Virus record (IMG/VR): IMGVR_UViG_2654588052_000002
Span: 1-64,000 of that record
Strand: one strand, 5' to 3'
Length of the DNA: 64,000 nt
From: an uncultured virus (IMG/VR IMGVR_UViG_2654588052_000002)
Taxonomy: Duplodnaviria > Heunggongvirae > Uroviricota > Caudoviricetes
Shown here piece by piece: positions 29,560-39,678 of this stretch. Numbering within the stretch: position 1 is the first letter of the stretch; every line of letters starts with the position of its first letter. A program made the translations under genes and the position numbers. The notes beneath the pieces were generated by a model. The model made no database searches and had not been told where the DNA came from. It saw only the letters and a program-made list of their open reading frames with translations.

Positions 29560-31187
29560 ATGCGGGGCCTGGATGGAATTATGTTTTCTCTGCTTACTTT
29601 TATACAGATAACAAAGCTAGTATAGATGCCGGAGCTGCTATCGAGCTCCAATGTTACGATGTAAACAATAAAATGATTAAAAGTTACTTGCAAGAAATAA
29701 CTATTTCACAAGGAACATGGATTCGTACACATGTGGCAGGGCTATTAATCGAAGGCACAAAAAAAGTTAAAGTGCTGTTTTGGGTTCGTAAAAATGGTCG
29801 TCTATGGATGGCACAACCCATGCTACAAATTGGTGATAAACCTTCTTCGTTTATGGAGAACCCTGTTGATATTGTAGATAAAGATAAAATCATGGAAGAA
29901 TTGGCCGATAAGATAGCAACTAAAGATTACGATAGAAAAGTAACCGAATTAGAAAGAGGTATTAGCGCTACTGCAGAAGGCGTCGAAATAACATCGAAGA
30001 AACAAGAAAAGTTTATTAATGAGACTTACGCCGTTTATGTAAAAGAAACGGGTTCTAAACTTAAAGTTCTTGATGAAGGAATCCTTGCAGAAGTTAAAAA
30101 AGGTAATATCATCGCAGCTATTAACTTTTCATCGGAAAAATTAGAAATTGATGTTTCAAAGGTAGCCATTAATGCCGATACAATGGTGAAATGGTTAACC
30201 GCAAAGGGTATTGATACAAATATCATCAAAGTTAATGGCGATAAAATTACCATCGATAAAAACGGCGTTACTATTAAAATGTTAGACTTCCTTTTTGAAG
30301 ATGAATGGGGAACGAAAACAACTGTTATGCCAAAACGAAATTTAATAGCCGATCATGATTTTTCTAGTGTTCCAAAATTGAACATAGGTAACCCAAATTA
30401 TCAGGGGTTTGGTGCTGGATATGGTCTACCTTGGAAAGTACAAGGAAACGGTGTAGTGATAGAAAATAACACTTTTATATTTAACTATGAACAAATGGTA
30501 AATGCAGTCCGTGTCGACACGTATAATTATCCAGAAACAAAGGTTCAAAACGGGATTCATCCAGGAAACTCTTATACATTGTCAGCACATTATAGAACCG
30601 CACAGATTAACGGTGTGCGTACAACTGCAAAACCACGATTGCAGGTATGTTTTGTTACGCCATTGGATGAAGTGAGTTATAAAATTTGGCATGAAATATA
30701 TAAAGATTTTCCAGAGCCATCTACATTTTATGGTGAAATTAGAAGGTATAATTTCACATTTACCGTTCCTAACAATTACAATCCACAAGAACATATGATT
30801 GTAGTTAAAGTTACAGCTGCAAATGCGCAAGTTTCTGCGGGGAGGGCTGTTTGTGTTTCAGGGATAACATTGGTTAGTGGTAACTATGCTTGCATGTATA
30901 ACTGGGATCGTGCGGCAGCAGAAAGGGCCGATGGTCTTCAACCGTTTAATAGAATTGCTATAGGCAGCGTAAATAACAACATAGGTCCAGCTGCTCATGG
31001 GCAGACCTTTGATATAAGTACAGAAAAGGATGTATTCATAAATCAACCTATTCTAACGCAGGGAATAAATTTAGGGCGTAATAAAATGGGCCAAGCTGGG
31101 TCCATTCGTTTCTTTGATGGCGGTCAAGGCTATGGGTTTTATTTTATGGGAATGGGAGGACAATGGTACAAGCTACCTAACGTTTAG
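29436..31187 (+). CDS. Tail spike C-terminal (receptor-binding) part, in -1 frame
   Basis: Frame open from 29424; WVLQSGATRD..QPMLQIGDKPSSF continues the domain begun in the upstream ORF. Confidence 0.75.
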   Translation, partial: WVLQSGATRDTQVTYKGCNSLSVITAGNASNLYKGASHEYINAGPGWNYVFSAYFYTDNKASIDAGAAIELQCYDVNNKMIKSYLQEITISQGTWIRTHVAGLLIEGTKKVKVLFWVRKNGRLWMAQPMLQIGDKPSSFMENPVDIVDKDKIMEELADKIATKDYDRKVTELERGISATAEGVEITSKKQEKFINETYAVYVKETGSKLKVLDEGILAEVKKGNIIAAINFSSEKLEIDVSKVAINADTMVKWLTAKGIDTNIIKVNGDKITIDKNGVTIKMLDFLFEDEWGTKTTVMPKRNLIADHDFSSVPKLNIGNPNYQGFGAGYGLPWKVQGNGVVIENNTFIFNYEQMVNAVRVDTYNYPETKVQNGIHPGNSYTLSAHYRTAQINGVRTTAKPRLQVCFVTPLDEVSYKIWHEIYKDFPEPSTFYGEIRRYNFTFTVPNNYNPQEHMIVVKVTAANAQVSAGRAVCVSGITLVSGNYACMYNWDRAAAERADGLQPFNRIAIGSVNNNIGPAAHGQTFDISTEKDVFINQPILTQGINLGRNKMGQAGSIRFFDGGQGYGFYFMGMGGQWYKLPNV

Positions 31188-31198
31188 GAGGAAAATAT

Positions 31199-31567
31199 AT
31201 GAATGATTACAAAGATTTACAAGGTTACCCCTTACAAGCAGGGCAAGGTGCTCCGTTTGCTGGTAGGTTAGTAGATTCAGAAAGAAACGAAAACGGAGTA
31301 TTTGTGCGAATTCCTTTTGATATGCTAAACAATGCCGGTTTATATGGTGCGAATAAAGTAGAGGTGTGGGGAGAAACAGATGGAACGATATATTTCCGTA
31401 TTGCAACAAGATGCGAAATATGTAAACGTGGCGCGCGTTTGTATGAATTAGAAACGGGTTTTGGGAAAAAGAGACTTTGTTCTGATGATTATTTTTCATT
31501 TACTGGTCAACGCCCTCCGCAAGAGACACAAAAAACTGAAAATAAAACGCGAATAGAGCAGCCATAA
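31199..31567 (+). CDS. Hypothetical protein, AbrB-like segment plus Cys motif
   Basis: VRIPFDMLNNAGL..KVEVW..DGTIYFR; CEIC..C. Confidence 0.6.
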   Translation: MNDYKDLQGYPLQAGQGAPFAGRLVDSERNENGVFVRIPFDMLNNAGLYGANKVEVWGETDGTIYFRIATRCEICKRGARLYELETGFGKKRLCSDDYFSFTGQRPPQETQKTENKTRIEQP

Positions 31568-31606
31568 GCTGGTCTTTATTTATTATCTAAAAAAGGAGAG
31601 GAAAAG

Positions 31607-32032
31607 ATGGATCGTATTGATGTATTATTAAAAACCTTTATTGCCACTTTTGGTGGCTTCTGTGGGTATTTCTTGGGAGGATGGGATGCAACATTGAAAG
31701 TCCTAGTAATCATGGCAGCTATCGACTATATCACAGGAGTAGTTGCAGCAGGATATAACGGAGAATTAAAAAGTAAAGTTGGTTTCAAAGGCATCGCCAA
31801 AAAGGTGGTGCTTTTTCTTTTGGTCGGAGCGGCTGCACAACTAGATTCAGCACTTGGAAGTAACAGTGCAATTCGTGAAGCGACTATCTTCTTCTTCATG
31901 GGTAATGAGCTACTTTCACTTTTAGAAAATGCTGGTCGAATGGGTATTCCGTTGCCACAAGCTTTAACAAATGCAGTTGAAATTTTAGGTGGTAAACAAA
32001 AACAAGAAGAGAAAAAGGGAGATGTTCAATAA
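31607..32032 (+). CDS. Phage holin
   Basis: IDYITGV, SKVGFKGIAKK, NELLSLLENAGRMG. Confidence 0.92.
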   Translation: MDRIDVLLKTFIATFGGFCGYFLGGWDATLKVLVIMAAIDYITGVVAAGYNGELKSKVGFKGIAKKVVLFLLVGAAAQLDSALGSNSAIREATIFFFMGNELLSLLENAGRMGIPLPQALTNAVEILGGKQKQEEKKGDVQ

Positions 32033-32967
32033 TGGAAATCAGAAAAAAATTAGTTGACCCAAGTAAATATGGTACAAAGTGTCCGTATACAATGAACCCT
32101 GAATTAATCACGGTCCACAATACTTACAACGATGCTACAGCAGAAAACGAAGTGGCTTATATGATTCGTAACGATAATCAGGTTTCGTTTCATATCGCGG
32201 TAGATGATAAGGAAGCTGTACAAGGAATTCCTTTAGAGCGTAACGCGTGGCATTGTGGCGATGGTGGCGGAAATGGTAATAGAAAGTCTATCGGGGTTGA
32301 GATTTGCTACTCTTTAAACGGTGGAGATCGATATTATAAAGCTGAAGATAATGCAGCCATCATTGTAGCTCAACTGATGAAACAGTACAATATTCCGATT
32401 AGCAAAGTTCGTACACACCAATCGTGGAGTGGGAAATATTGTCCGCATCGAATGTTAGCAGAAGGACGTTGGGATAACTTTATCGAAAGAGTCCGAAACG
32501 CATATTACGGTGGTGAAAATAACGTATCCCCAACCCCTACACCGCCTTCAAATAGTGAGACAGGCATTGCATATATTGAAGGGAATAATGTTAATCTTCG
32601 TAAAGGTCCAGGTACAGGATATGGAGTTATTCGCCAATTAGGTAAAGGTGAGTCCTACCAAGTATGGGGCGATTCAAATGGGTGGCTAAACTTAGGCGGC
32701 GATCAGTGGGTATATAATGATTCATCATATATTCGTTATACAGGAGGGGATACACCGGAATCTTCTAAACCTACAAATGATGGCATTGGTGTAGTGACCA
32801 TTACAGCTGATGTATTACGTGTTCGTACTGGTCCGAGAACTAACTATGGCGTCGTGAAGAATGTGTATCAAGGTGAAAAATATCAAACGTGGGGATATAG
32901 AGACGGTTGGTATAATGTTGGTGGCGACCAATGGGTTTCTGGTGAATATGTAAAGTTTGAAAAGTAA
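32032..32967 (+). CDS. Endolysin, N-acetylmuramoyl-L-alanine amidase with two SH3b domains
   Basis: ITVHNT, SFHIAVDD, SIGVEIC, HQSWSGKYCP; NLRKGPGT and LRVRTGP repeats. Confidence 0.95.
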   Translation: MEIRKKLVDPSKYGTKCPYTMNPELITVHNTYNDATAENEVAYMIRNDNQVSFHIAVDDKEAVQGIPLERNAWHCGDGGGNGNRKSIGVEICYSLNGGDRYYKAEDNAAIIVAQLMKQYNIPISKVRTHQSWSGKYCPHRMLAEGRWDNFIERVRNAYYGGENNVSPTPTPPSNSETGIAYIEGNNVNLRKGPGTGYGVIRQLGKGESYQVWGDSNGWLNLGGDQWVYNDSSYIRYTGGDTPESSKPTNDGIGVVTITADVLRVRTGPRTNYGVVKNVYQGEKYQTWGYRDGWYNVGGDQWVSGEYVKFEK

Positions 32968-33035
32968 AATATATTACTATGCAAAAGAATAGTTTGGTAA
33001 AAAACAAAGGCTGTCCTTAATGGGGAGTCTTTTTT

Positions 33036-33125
33036 GTCAATGGATCACCACAATATAAAGTTCACAATAGCAAAGGGAAAACATACTATATTACTGCAAA
33101 TGAAGCCTATGTGTATGTGAAGTGA
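33036..33125 (+). pseudogene. Orphan 3' end of a different endolysin-type gene
   Basis: Translates VNGSPQYKVHNSKGKTYYITANEAYVYVK*, no start codon, followed by own terminator. Confidence 0.65.
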
Positions 33126-33167
33126 GAAGAAAAAGACCGCCCTTTTTTTGGGAAGGGCGGTCTAATA

Positions 33168-33470
33168 TTATTTACTTTCGTTTAATATACTTTGAAGTGA
33201 TTGTTCTACCTTATGCATTTCACCTAATACAGGGTTGTCATAGTCACTTGAACAATCAAGATATGCTCTTACTCCACCAAAAATTTTGAAATCCACTCTA
33301 GATAGTGAAGTATGTTCTTTAGTTTCTAAAATGGTTACAGCTGATTTATAGCGTTTAATTATATCATCAATCATTCTTTTGCCTTTTACTTGATTTTCTT
33401 TTTCAAGAGTTTGAATGATGTTATTCATTTGTTTTTTTAATTCAGTAATATTTTGGTCCTGTGTAAGCAT
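33168..33470 (-). CDS. Putative immunity protein
   Basis: Small gene directly downstream of the LXG toxin; GGAGG RBS. Confidence 0.65.
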   Translation of the reverse strand: MLTQDQNITELKKQMNNIIQTLEKENQVKGKRMIDDIIKRYKSAVTILETKEHTSLSRVDFKIFGGVRAYLDCSSDYDNPVLGEMHKVEQSLQSILNESK

Positions 33471-33495
33471 TTAAATACCTCCATTTTCATTTCAA

Positions 33496-34866
33496 TTACT
33501 TATTTGGTACTTTTCGTACATCTGAAATCCATTCTAAAGGCCAGTTTTGTGGAAGTAAAACTTGATCTCCACCACCTTTCAACGTAGTCCCGCTCATTGT
33601 GTATTGTTCAGCTACTTTTCCAAGATTAAGAGTTTCGCCTTCCGGAACTTTAATCGTAGCCTCATACATTCTACTATTTTTCCATTCCGGTAAAAGAGCT
33701 GTATCTAGTTTCGCTTGTATTCGATTTTGAGCGGGGACAGTTGTAGCGAAACCACCGCCTGCATCAGCACTATGCCCAAATGTACGATATAATGTTACCT
33801 CTTCATTAGTTTTTACAGTTCTAAATACTCCATCTGTAAATGAATCTCCAATCCAAGGTGGTAAATTCGCTTTTTCTATTTCAGTTACTTGATGATCGAT
33901 ACTTGTAGCATATTTTTTTATGTCTGAGGCACGATCAGCTTTTTTAATAGTATTAGCAGCTTCAACTGCATTCGCAGTCATTTTTACCCCTTTGCCAACT
34001 TTGGCAATTTTTCCGACTGGTGTAAGACCAGCTACAGCCATTCCTCCAGCAAAAACCCTTTCCCAAGTGGAAAGTTTTTCGCCAGTAGATGGATCGATAC
34101 CGTCCCAAGCACGACGAACATCGTATTCACCACTTATTTCACCAGCAATATCTCTAGCTAATTTTTTACCATCAAATCCTTTTTCCTCCGAAGAAAGTTT
34201 ACCACACATTGCACCTTCTTCGATTGATTTATCAGCCTGACGCTTCCTATCTTCTTCAATCGCTTGAATAGAAGTAGTCCACTCCATATTCAACACTTGC
34301 GTACTAAATGTTCCGCTTGCAGGACTAAATCCTTTGCCACTTTGCACTTCCGCAAGACCTTGTGCGATACTCGCAGCTAGTTGAAGTGCTGTAGCATAGT
34401 TATTGCTAGACGCTTGATTAAATTCATATAGGTGATTTAACTTTTCTTGAAGTTTGTGTCTCATGACAGTAAAAAGATTCGCCATAGCGTCCATACTTGG
34501 CATCGGCATAGCTTGACTGATAGCTTCCATACTTGCCTTCATTCGGTCAATTTCTCGAATTTGTTCTAATATTTCTTGTTCAATTACATCAGTTGAAGCG
34601 ACCTGTGATTGAAATTGACTTGGAAAGGCATCATTCTGATGAATTAGTTCTTCACACAAGTAAATAATCCCTTGGGCTAAGGGACGGAAGGTTTGTACAA
34701 AAAATGCTTTGGCACTACTATATGTTTGTCCTTGTAGAACAGTATCAATTGCAAAAGCATCAATCGACTGAATAACTTGTTCCATACCTTGAATGGTAGC
34801 GGTACATACAGCATTCATATCTTGTGTTTGTGTATGCACTTCCCCTAAATACATATTTAAACTCAA
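33496..34866 (-). CDS. LXG (T7SSb) polymorphic toxin with pre-toxin TG domain
   Basis: LQGQTYSSAKAFF LXG-type N-terminus; GIDPSTGEKLSTWER PT-TG; C-terminal YRTFG..LLPEW.N..GGGDQ domain. Confidence 0.85.
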   Translation of the reverse strand: MSLNMYLGEVHTQTQDMNAVCTATIQGMEQVIQSIDAFAIDTVLQGQTYSSAKAFFVQTFRPLAQGIIYLCEELIHQNDAFPSQFQSQVASTDVIEQEILEQIREIDRMKASMEAISQAMPMPSMDAMANLFTVMRHKLQEKLNHLYEFNQASSNNYATALQLAASIAQGLAEVQSGKGFSPASGTFSTQVLNMEWTTSIQAIEEDRKRQADKSIEEGAMCGKLSSEEKGFDGKKLARDIAGEISGEYDVRRAWDGIDPSTGEKLSTWERVFAGGMAVAGLTPVGKIAKVGKGVKMTANAVEAANTIKKADRASDIKKYATSIDHQVTEIEKANLPPWIGDSFTDGVFRTVKTNEEVTLYRTFGHSADAGGGFATTVPAQNRIQAKLDTALLPEWKNSRMYEATIKVPEGETLNLGKVAEQYTMSGTTLKGGGDQVLLPQNWPLEWISDVRKVPNK

Positions 34867-34935
34867 AAATCTCCCCCCCCTTTTTTAAACAAGTAAATCA
34901 TACCAATTTAAGGAGGAAAATGTAAAAATATTTTT

Positions 34936-35277
34936 TTATTTAGCATCAATAATATCAATAAATTTCAACGTTATTTTATTATAAAATGCATCCGTACAAA
35001 TTATAGATTTATTCAACGGATCAATATCAATGACGGTCATATAGCTAGTAAGTAAAAATCCATCTTCATAATATGTAATCAATATTTCTTCTTCAGAAAG
35101 CAGCGAACATAATAGTGTATTCTCAATAAGTTCTTGTTCATCCTGGGTTAATGTAGGGCGTTCTACTTTTGTCTTGTTTTTAATAATCTCACAGATACCT
35201 ACGAATTGTTCTGGCATCGCTGCGAATGGAGTCCATTTAACCATTCCTCTTCCTTTTGGCATATTAGCGTTGTTCAT
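34936..35277 (-). CDS. YolD-like protein
   Basis: RGMVKWTPFAAMPEQ motif, coupled to Y-family polymerase. Confidence 0.88.
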   Translation of the reverse strand: MNNANMPKGRGMVKWTPFAAMPEQFVGICEIIKNKTKVERPTLTQDEQELIENTLLCSLLSEEEILITYYEDGFLLTSYMTVIDIDPLNKSIICTDAFYNKITLKFIDIIDAK

Positions 35278-36539
35278 GATTTATGTCCCCCTAACAATGT
35301 GTTTCTGTATCTTGCTGTTGCACTATTTGTATACGAAATTCCTCTTAATATGCTGTTCTTACCAAATTTAGTGCGTATTTCGTCCATTACTTTCGTTAGT
35401 TTCATTTCTTTTTCTCGTTGTATTACATTATCGAATAGTGAGATTTGTTCTTCGCCTTCATGGATTAAGTTAGTTAAAGAAACATTTATGGATCTAATGG
35501 GCTCCCCAGTGTAAAACTTGTGTAAAAAATATGTACAAATCTTATATATATCCATTGTTAAATTGGTCGGTCGGTTCATAGTGTGAGTTTTTCTGAAGCC
35601 ACCAGAGTAATTTCTGCTATAACCAATGGAAAAATGAACAGTTTGAGCTAGTTTGTTTTGCCTTCGCATTCGATAACAAACTTCTTCTATATGCTCCAGT
35701 AGAATAATTGGAAACTCTTCTATGGTGTAATCGCGCATAAGTATTTGGCTTTTACCAATAGAAGTTGTTGCTGGAACATATTTTTCTGATATACGGCTAA
35801 AATCTATGCCGTTGCTATGTAAGTGCAATTCTTCGCCAATGACCCCGAAGCTTTGTTTTAAGTATTTAAGTGGGTATTGCGCTAAGTCTCCGATTGAATG
35901 AATTCCTTTTCGGTTTAACTTCGCTTCTGTTTTACCCGAAATCCCCCAAAACTTACTAAGTGGTTGTATTGGCCATAATTTTATGGGTACATTTTCGTAC
36001 TTCCAGTATGCTATGCAATCTTTCGTTTTCTTCGCTTCTACATCTAAGGCAACCTTGCTCATTAAAGGGTTTGGACCAATTCCTATCGTGCATTCAATTC
36101 GCGTCTTAGCATATATCTCTCGTTTGAATTTCAATGCAAATTCATATGGATCATTAGCAAATAAATGAATACTATCCGTAATGTCCATAAAGAACTCATC
36201 GATGGAATATTGGTGAAAATCCTCAATTGGCACGTATTGTAGGGCCAACTTAGTAATGAAATTAGAACATTTTATGTAAGTACTCATAATTGGATTTATC
36301 ACAAGGATATCTTTACGACGTGGTATCTCATACAATCTCGCCATTTTCTTAACGCCTAATGCTTTTAATGGTGGAGTTGCAGCCAAAACAATTGAACCAC
36401 TCCTATTCACATCACCAACTACAGCCAATTTAGTATGAAGTGGGTCTAATCCCATTTTGATGCACGATACACTGGCATAGAACGAACGAAGATCTACACA
36501 TAAAACAATTCGATTTGGCAATATTGAATAGTCATACAC
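35274..36539 (-). CDS. Y-family DNA polymerase (UvrX/ImpB/UmuC-like)
   Basis: CVDLRSFYASV, YSIDEFFMD, GIGPNPLMSKVALD, GGH C-terminus. Confidence 0.93.
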   Translation of the reverse strand: MYDYSILPNRIVLCVDLRSFYASVSCIKMGLDPLHTKLAVVGDVNRSGSIVLAATPPLKALGVKKMARLYEIPRRKDILVINPIMSTYIKCSNFITKLALQYVPIEDFHQYSIDEFFMDITDSIHLFANDPYEFALKFKREIYAKTRIECTIGIGPNPLMSKVALDVEAKKTKDCIAYWKYENVPIKLWPIQPLSKFWGISGKTEAKLNRKGIHSIGDLAQYPLKYLKQSFGVIGEELHLHSNGIDFSRISEKYVPATTSIGKSQILMRDYTIEEFPIILLEHIEEVCYRMRRQNKLAQTVHFSIGYSRNYSGGFRKTHTMNRPTNLTMDIYKICTYFLHKFYTGEPIRSINVSLTNLIHEGEEQISLFDNVIQREKEMKLTKVMDEIRTKFGKNSILRGISYTNSATARYRNTLLGGHKS

Positions 36540-36559
36540 CGTTATTCCCCCTAAATAAC

Positions 36560-36596
36560 AGAACGTTAGTTCTTATTATATACGAATGTATGTTCT
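36560..36596 (-). promoter_or_regulatory. Two LexA (SOS) boxes flanking a -10
   Basis: AGAACGTTAGTTCT 36560-36573 and CGAATGTATGTTCT 36583-36596; minus-strand TATAAT 36575-36580. Confidence 0.8.
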
Positions 36597-36651
36597 TTTA
36601 TGAAGAGGTTTTTATAAAAAAATAAAAATAGCCCCACCGGTTTTAGTGAAG

Positions 36652-36882
36652 CTACATCCAAAATTCATTTTCATTTATGTTTTTCCCTAACTTCTTCAAT
36701 CCCCTTGTTATTTGGGATATAGTCGAAAATTTAGGTGTGTATTCTTTATCATTACAAACTTTTGAAATAGTACCCCTACTCAACTTAGCAGCCTTCTCTA
36801 ATTCCCCTTGTGTGATTCCTTGTTTATCTAACCACTTACCAAATTTACTACGTTTTTTGCCTAATCCAAACACCTTTACCAC
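36652..36882 (-). CDS. XRE-family HTH regulator
   Basis: ITQGELEKAAKLSRGTISKVC; SigF/SigB-like GTTTA-N15-GGGCAAGCTA at 36891-36920. Confidence 0.85.
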   Translation of the reverse strand: MVKVFGLGKKRSKFGKWLDKQGITQGELEKAAKLSRGTISKVCNDKEYTPKFSTISQITRGLKKLGKNINENEFWM

Positions 36883-37172
36883 CTCATGAATAGCTTGCCC
36901 TTTTCGTCATTTTTTTAAACACGAGAAAAAAACTGACATAAAGACCAAACAGTACACAATACTCTTTACCATACCAAACAAATTACGATTCTCAGTTCCG
37001 ATTTGATAGCCTGTTAAAACTTCGTTTCACCTATTCCGAATAGAATACGGTCACAGAATAATACTTTAGACATTGAAAGATTAGTATTTTCAATGATTCA
37101 TAGCTGTTTTTATCTCTTCTAATCTTCAGGGACTATTCTTGCAGAATACAGAAAGAACGGTGGTGTGAGTTT

Positions 37173-38468
37173 GTGATATTTGAGTTAGTTAGTTCAGCTG
37201 CTGTCGGTGGTGTAGTCTTTCTATCAAAAATGCATCAAAAAGGAGCAACAAATGATGCATCCAAGATTCAAAGGATCTGCGCGAACTGCGGATTAAAAGT
37301 AAAAGAAGGGAAAGAGACTAGGACTATACAGCTGCTTCGCAAAACGAGGAATAATTGGGGAGTTGAATATGCGTATAGAATACCGCTTGGTCTTAGCTTC
37401 TCCGATTTCGAACAAAAAATACAACATTTAGAGGATGGATTAAATCACAAGAGCAAGGTTTATGATTTCAAACTACAAGACTTCAAATCTCTTCGACTGC
37501 GAAAAGATATCTTAAAACAAATACAAAACATCATAAATAAGAAAAAACTCGTTAGAAAGGAAATTGAGCTGTCTTACGATGGTTTATTAAAAATACGCGT
37601 TTATGAGAAAGGAATACCTAATTTCGTTAAATTTGTAGAGGATATGATGAGGCAATGTAGAGGTTGGGAGGTTCCGATTGGTTATACGAGGGATGGATTG
37701 ATAAAACATGATTTTGATCAACTAGCGCACATGATATCAGCCGGCATGACGGATATGGGTAAATCAAATGTATTAAAACTTATAATTACATCCCTGGTAC
37801 GCAACCAACCAGAAAATACAAAGCTATTCCTTATAGATTTGAAGGGTGGTCTCTCTTTTAACCGTTACAGATTCTTAAACCAGGTCGAATCAATTGCGAA
37901 GAATCCAGAGGAAGCCCTAGAGACTCTAAGGGAATTGCAAGATAAACTGAATGCTAGAAACGAATACTTACTAGAAAAAGGATACGAAGATATAAAAGAA
38001 GCTGGGGATCCAGTACGTTACTTTGTAATTGTTGATGAAGCAGCCGACATAGCGCCATATCAGGAGTGCAGGGACATCATTGTTGATATAGGGCGTCGTG
38101 GCAGGGCAGCGGGATTTCGCTTGGTGTATGCGACACAGTACCCAACAAACGAAGCGTTACCATCGCAGCTACGACAAAACATTGGCGCTCGTGTTTGTTT
38201 TAGATTACAGACAGAGGCAGGGAGCCGTGCTGTACTTGATGAGGGCGGCGCAGAAATGCTTCCTAACATAAAGGGGAGAGCGATATACCAAACAAATGAG
38301 AAGAAGGTCCTACAGACGGTTTATATCGATAATAAGCAAATAGATAACATCATAAAGCCACACATTAACATCAGAGCGAGGAAGGAGCATGAAGATGCAA
38401 AAACTAGCCATGAAGGAAGCGAGAACGGAAAGTATACTCTTGAGCTTGAAGAAACTCGGCTTTCTTAG
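37173..38468 (+). CDS. FtsK/SpoIIIE-family ATPase
   Basis: AGMTDMGKS, LIDLKGG, VIVDEAA, GRAAG..ATQYP. Confidence 0.9.
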   Translation: MIFELVSSAAVGGVVFLSKMHQKGATNDASKIQRICANCGLKVKEGKETRTIQLLRKTRNNWGVEYAYRIPLGLSFSDFEQKIQHLEDGLNHKSKVYDFKLQDFKSLRLRKDILKQIQNIINKKKLVRKEIELSYDGLLKIRVYEKGIPNFVKFVEDMMRQCRGWEVPIGYTRDGLIKHDFDQLAHMISAGMTDMGKSNVLKLIITSLVRNQPENTKLFLIDLKGGLSFNRYRFLNQVESIAKNPEEALETLRELQDKLNARNEYLLEKGYEDIKEAGDPVRYFVIVDEAADIAPYQECRDIIVDIGRRGRAAGFRLVYATQYPTNEALPSQLRQNIGARVCFRLQTEAGSRAVLDEGGAEMLPNIKGRAIYQTNEKKVLQTVYIDNKQIDNIIKPHINIRARKEHEDAKTSHEGSENGKYTLELEETRLS

Positions 38469-38985
38469 CAGGAAGCAAATCCAAGTACTCCATGACCTTG
38501 GTGGTGACAGGAATGCTTCCCGTGTAATGAAGTCTCTTGAAGAATATGTTTCTAGCTTTAGGGATGGAGAGAAGGTGTATTATCTCAACAAAGAAGGGCG
38601 CGAACGTATCGGAAGCAAGAAAATACTCAAGCGTTCGAATCAATTTCGCCATTACATTATGAGGAATGATATCTACATCGCTTATGAATGCCCGAAAACG
38701 TGGAAGCAGGAAGTGAAAATGAATGTGAAAGGTATCGTTTCCATAATTGCAGATGCACTATTCACTGATAATGGCCGTTATCACATTGTAGAAGTGGATC
38801 ATGAGCAAAAGATGAGCGCAAACCGTATCAAGATGCAGAAGTATCGTAAATTGATTGAATGCAATGTGTTTGAGAAGCCACCTAAATTTATTTGGTACAC
38901 CACAACGGAATATCGCAGAAAACAACTCCAGAAGCTTTGTGAGGGATTGGATTGCAACATCTTTACAGTTACTGATTTCCATTAA
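38389..38985 (+). CDS. Replication-relaxation (Replic_Relax) family protein
   Basis: wHTH then HYIMRND, IADALF, IVEVD, KMQKY. Confidence 0.75.
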   Translation: MKMQKLAMKEARTESILLSLKKLGFLSRKQIQVLHDLGGDRNASRVMKSLEEYVSSFRDGEKVYYLNKEGRERIGSKKILKRSNQFRHYIMRNDIYIAYECPKTWKQEVKMNVKGIVSIIADALFTDNGRYHIVEVDHEQKMSANRIKMQKYRKLIECNVFEKPPKFIWYTTTEYRRKQLQKLCEGLDCNIFTVTDFH

Positions 38986-39004
38986 AAATAGGGAGATGGT
39001 CCAT

Positions 39005-39493
39005 ATGGCAGCAGAGACAATGAGCATCAAAGATTTTATGGATGGCAACTATGGGGCAAAGAAAAAGTGGAGCTTGTTCAAAAAGAAAGCAAAAAAATAC
39101 GTACCCGTGGCGGCGCGAATAAGTATTGTGATCGGTAGTGCTATTATATTCAGCAATATTATAGATATTCCGCATGTATTTGCTGACGGTAATAACCCAG
39201 ACGTGAATGAAGTATTTAAAGATGTGCAGTCAAACGATGGGAAGATAAAAAATTATATAGATGGCCAACTGTACAATCGTATTGTGAATGCATTTGAACC
39301 AGTCATTTTCTTAATTAAAGCAGTGTCATATCCGATAGCATCCGTTGTAGCGTTATGCGGCGGTCTATTCATTATGGTTGGTAGCCAGGAACGGGGATTC
39401 TCTCTTATATCAAGGGCAGGGATCGGATATATAGTAGTCCAAATGATTCCGTTGTTTATGAGATTGCTTGTTGAGATCGCTAAGGCTATCTAG
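39005..39493 (+). CDS. Membrane protein, TrbC/VirB2 pilin-like C-terminus
   Basis: Signal-like segment ending VFA; two TM helices with G..LISRAGIGYIVVQ. Confidence 0.6.
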   Translation: MAAETMSIKDFMDGNYGAKKKWSLFKKKAKKYVPVAARISIVIGSAIIFSNIIDIPHVFADGNNPDVNEVFKDVQSNDGKIKNYIDGQLYNRIVNAFEPVIFLIKAVSYPIASVVALCGGLFIMVGSQERGFSLISRAGIGYIVVQMIPLFMRLLVEIAKAI

Positions 39494-39678
39494 TCCTACT
39501 TAATGTAGGACTTTTTCATATGATAATAACCATCTATCGTTATTATCAGACAACATATCTTAACTCAACATTCGCAATAAATAGTTTTATGTTTCTAAAA
39601 TTGTAATATATTTACATTTACGAAAATCGAAAGTATGATGAAGGTGCAAGCTATAAAACTATTAAAGGGGGATTTTTT

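Noticed and set aside
13594..32120. Numerous short minus-strand ORFs within structural genes
   Set aside because: Shadow frames of well-supported plus-strand genes
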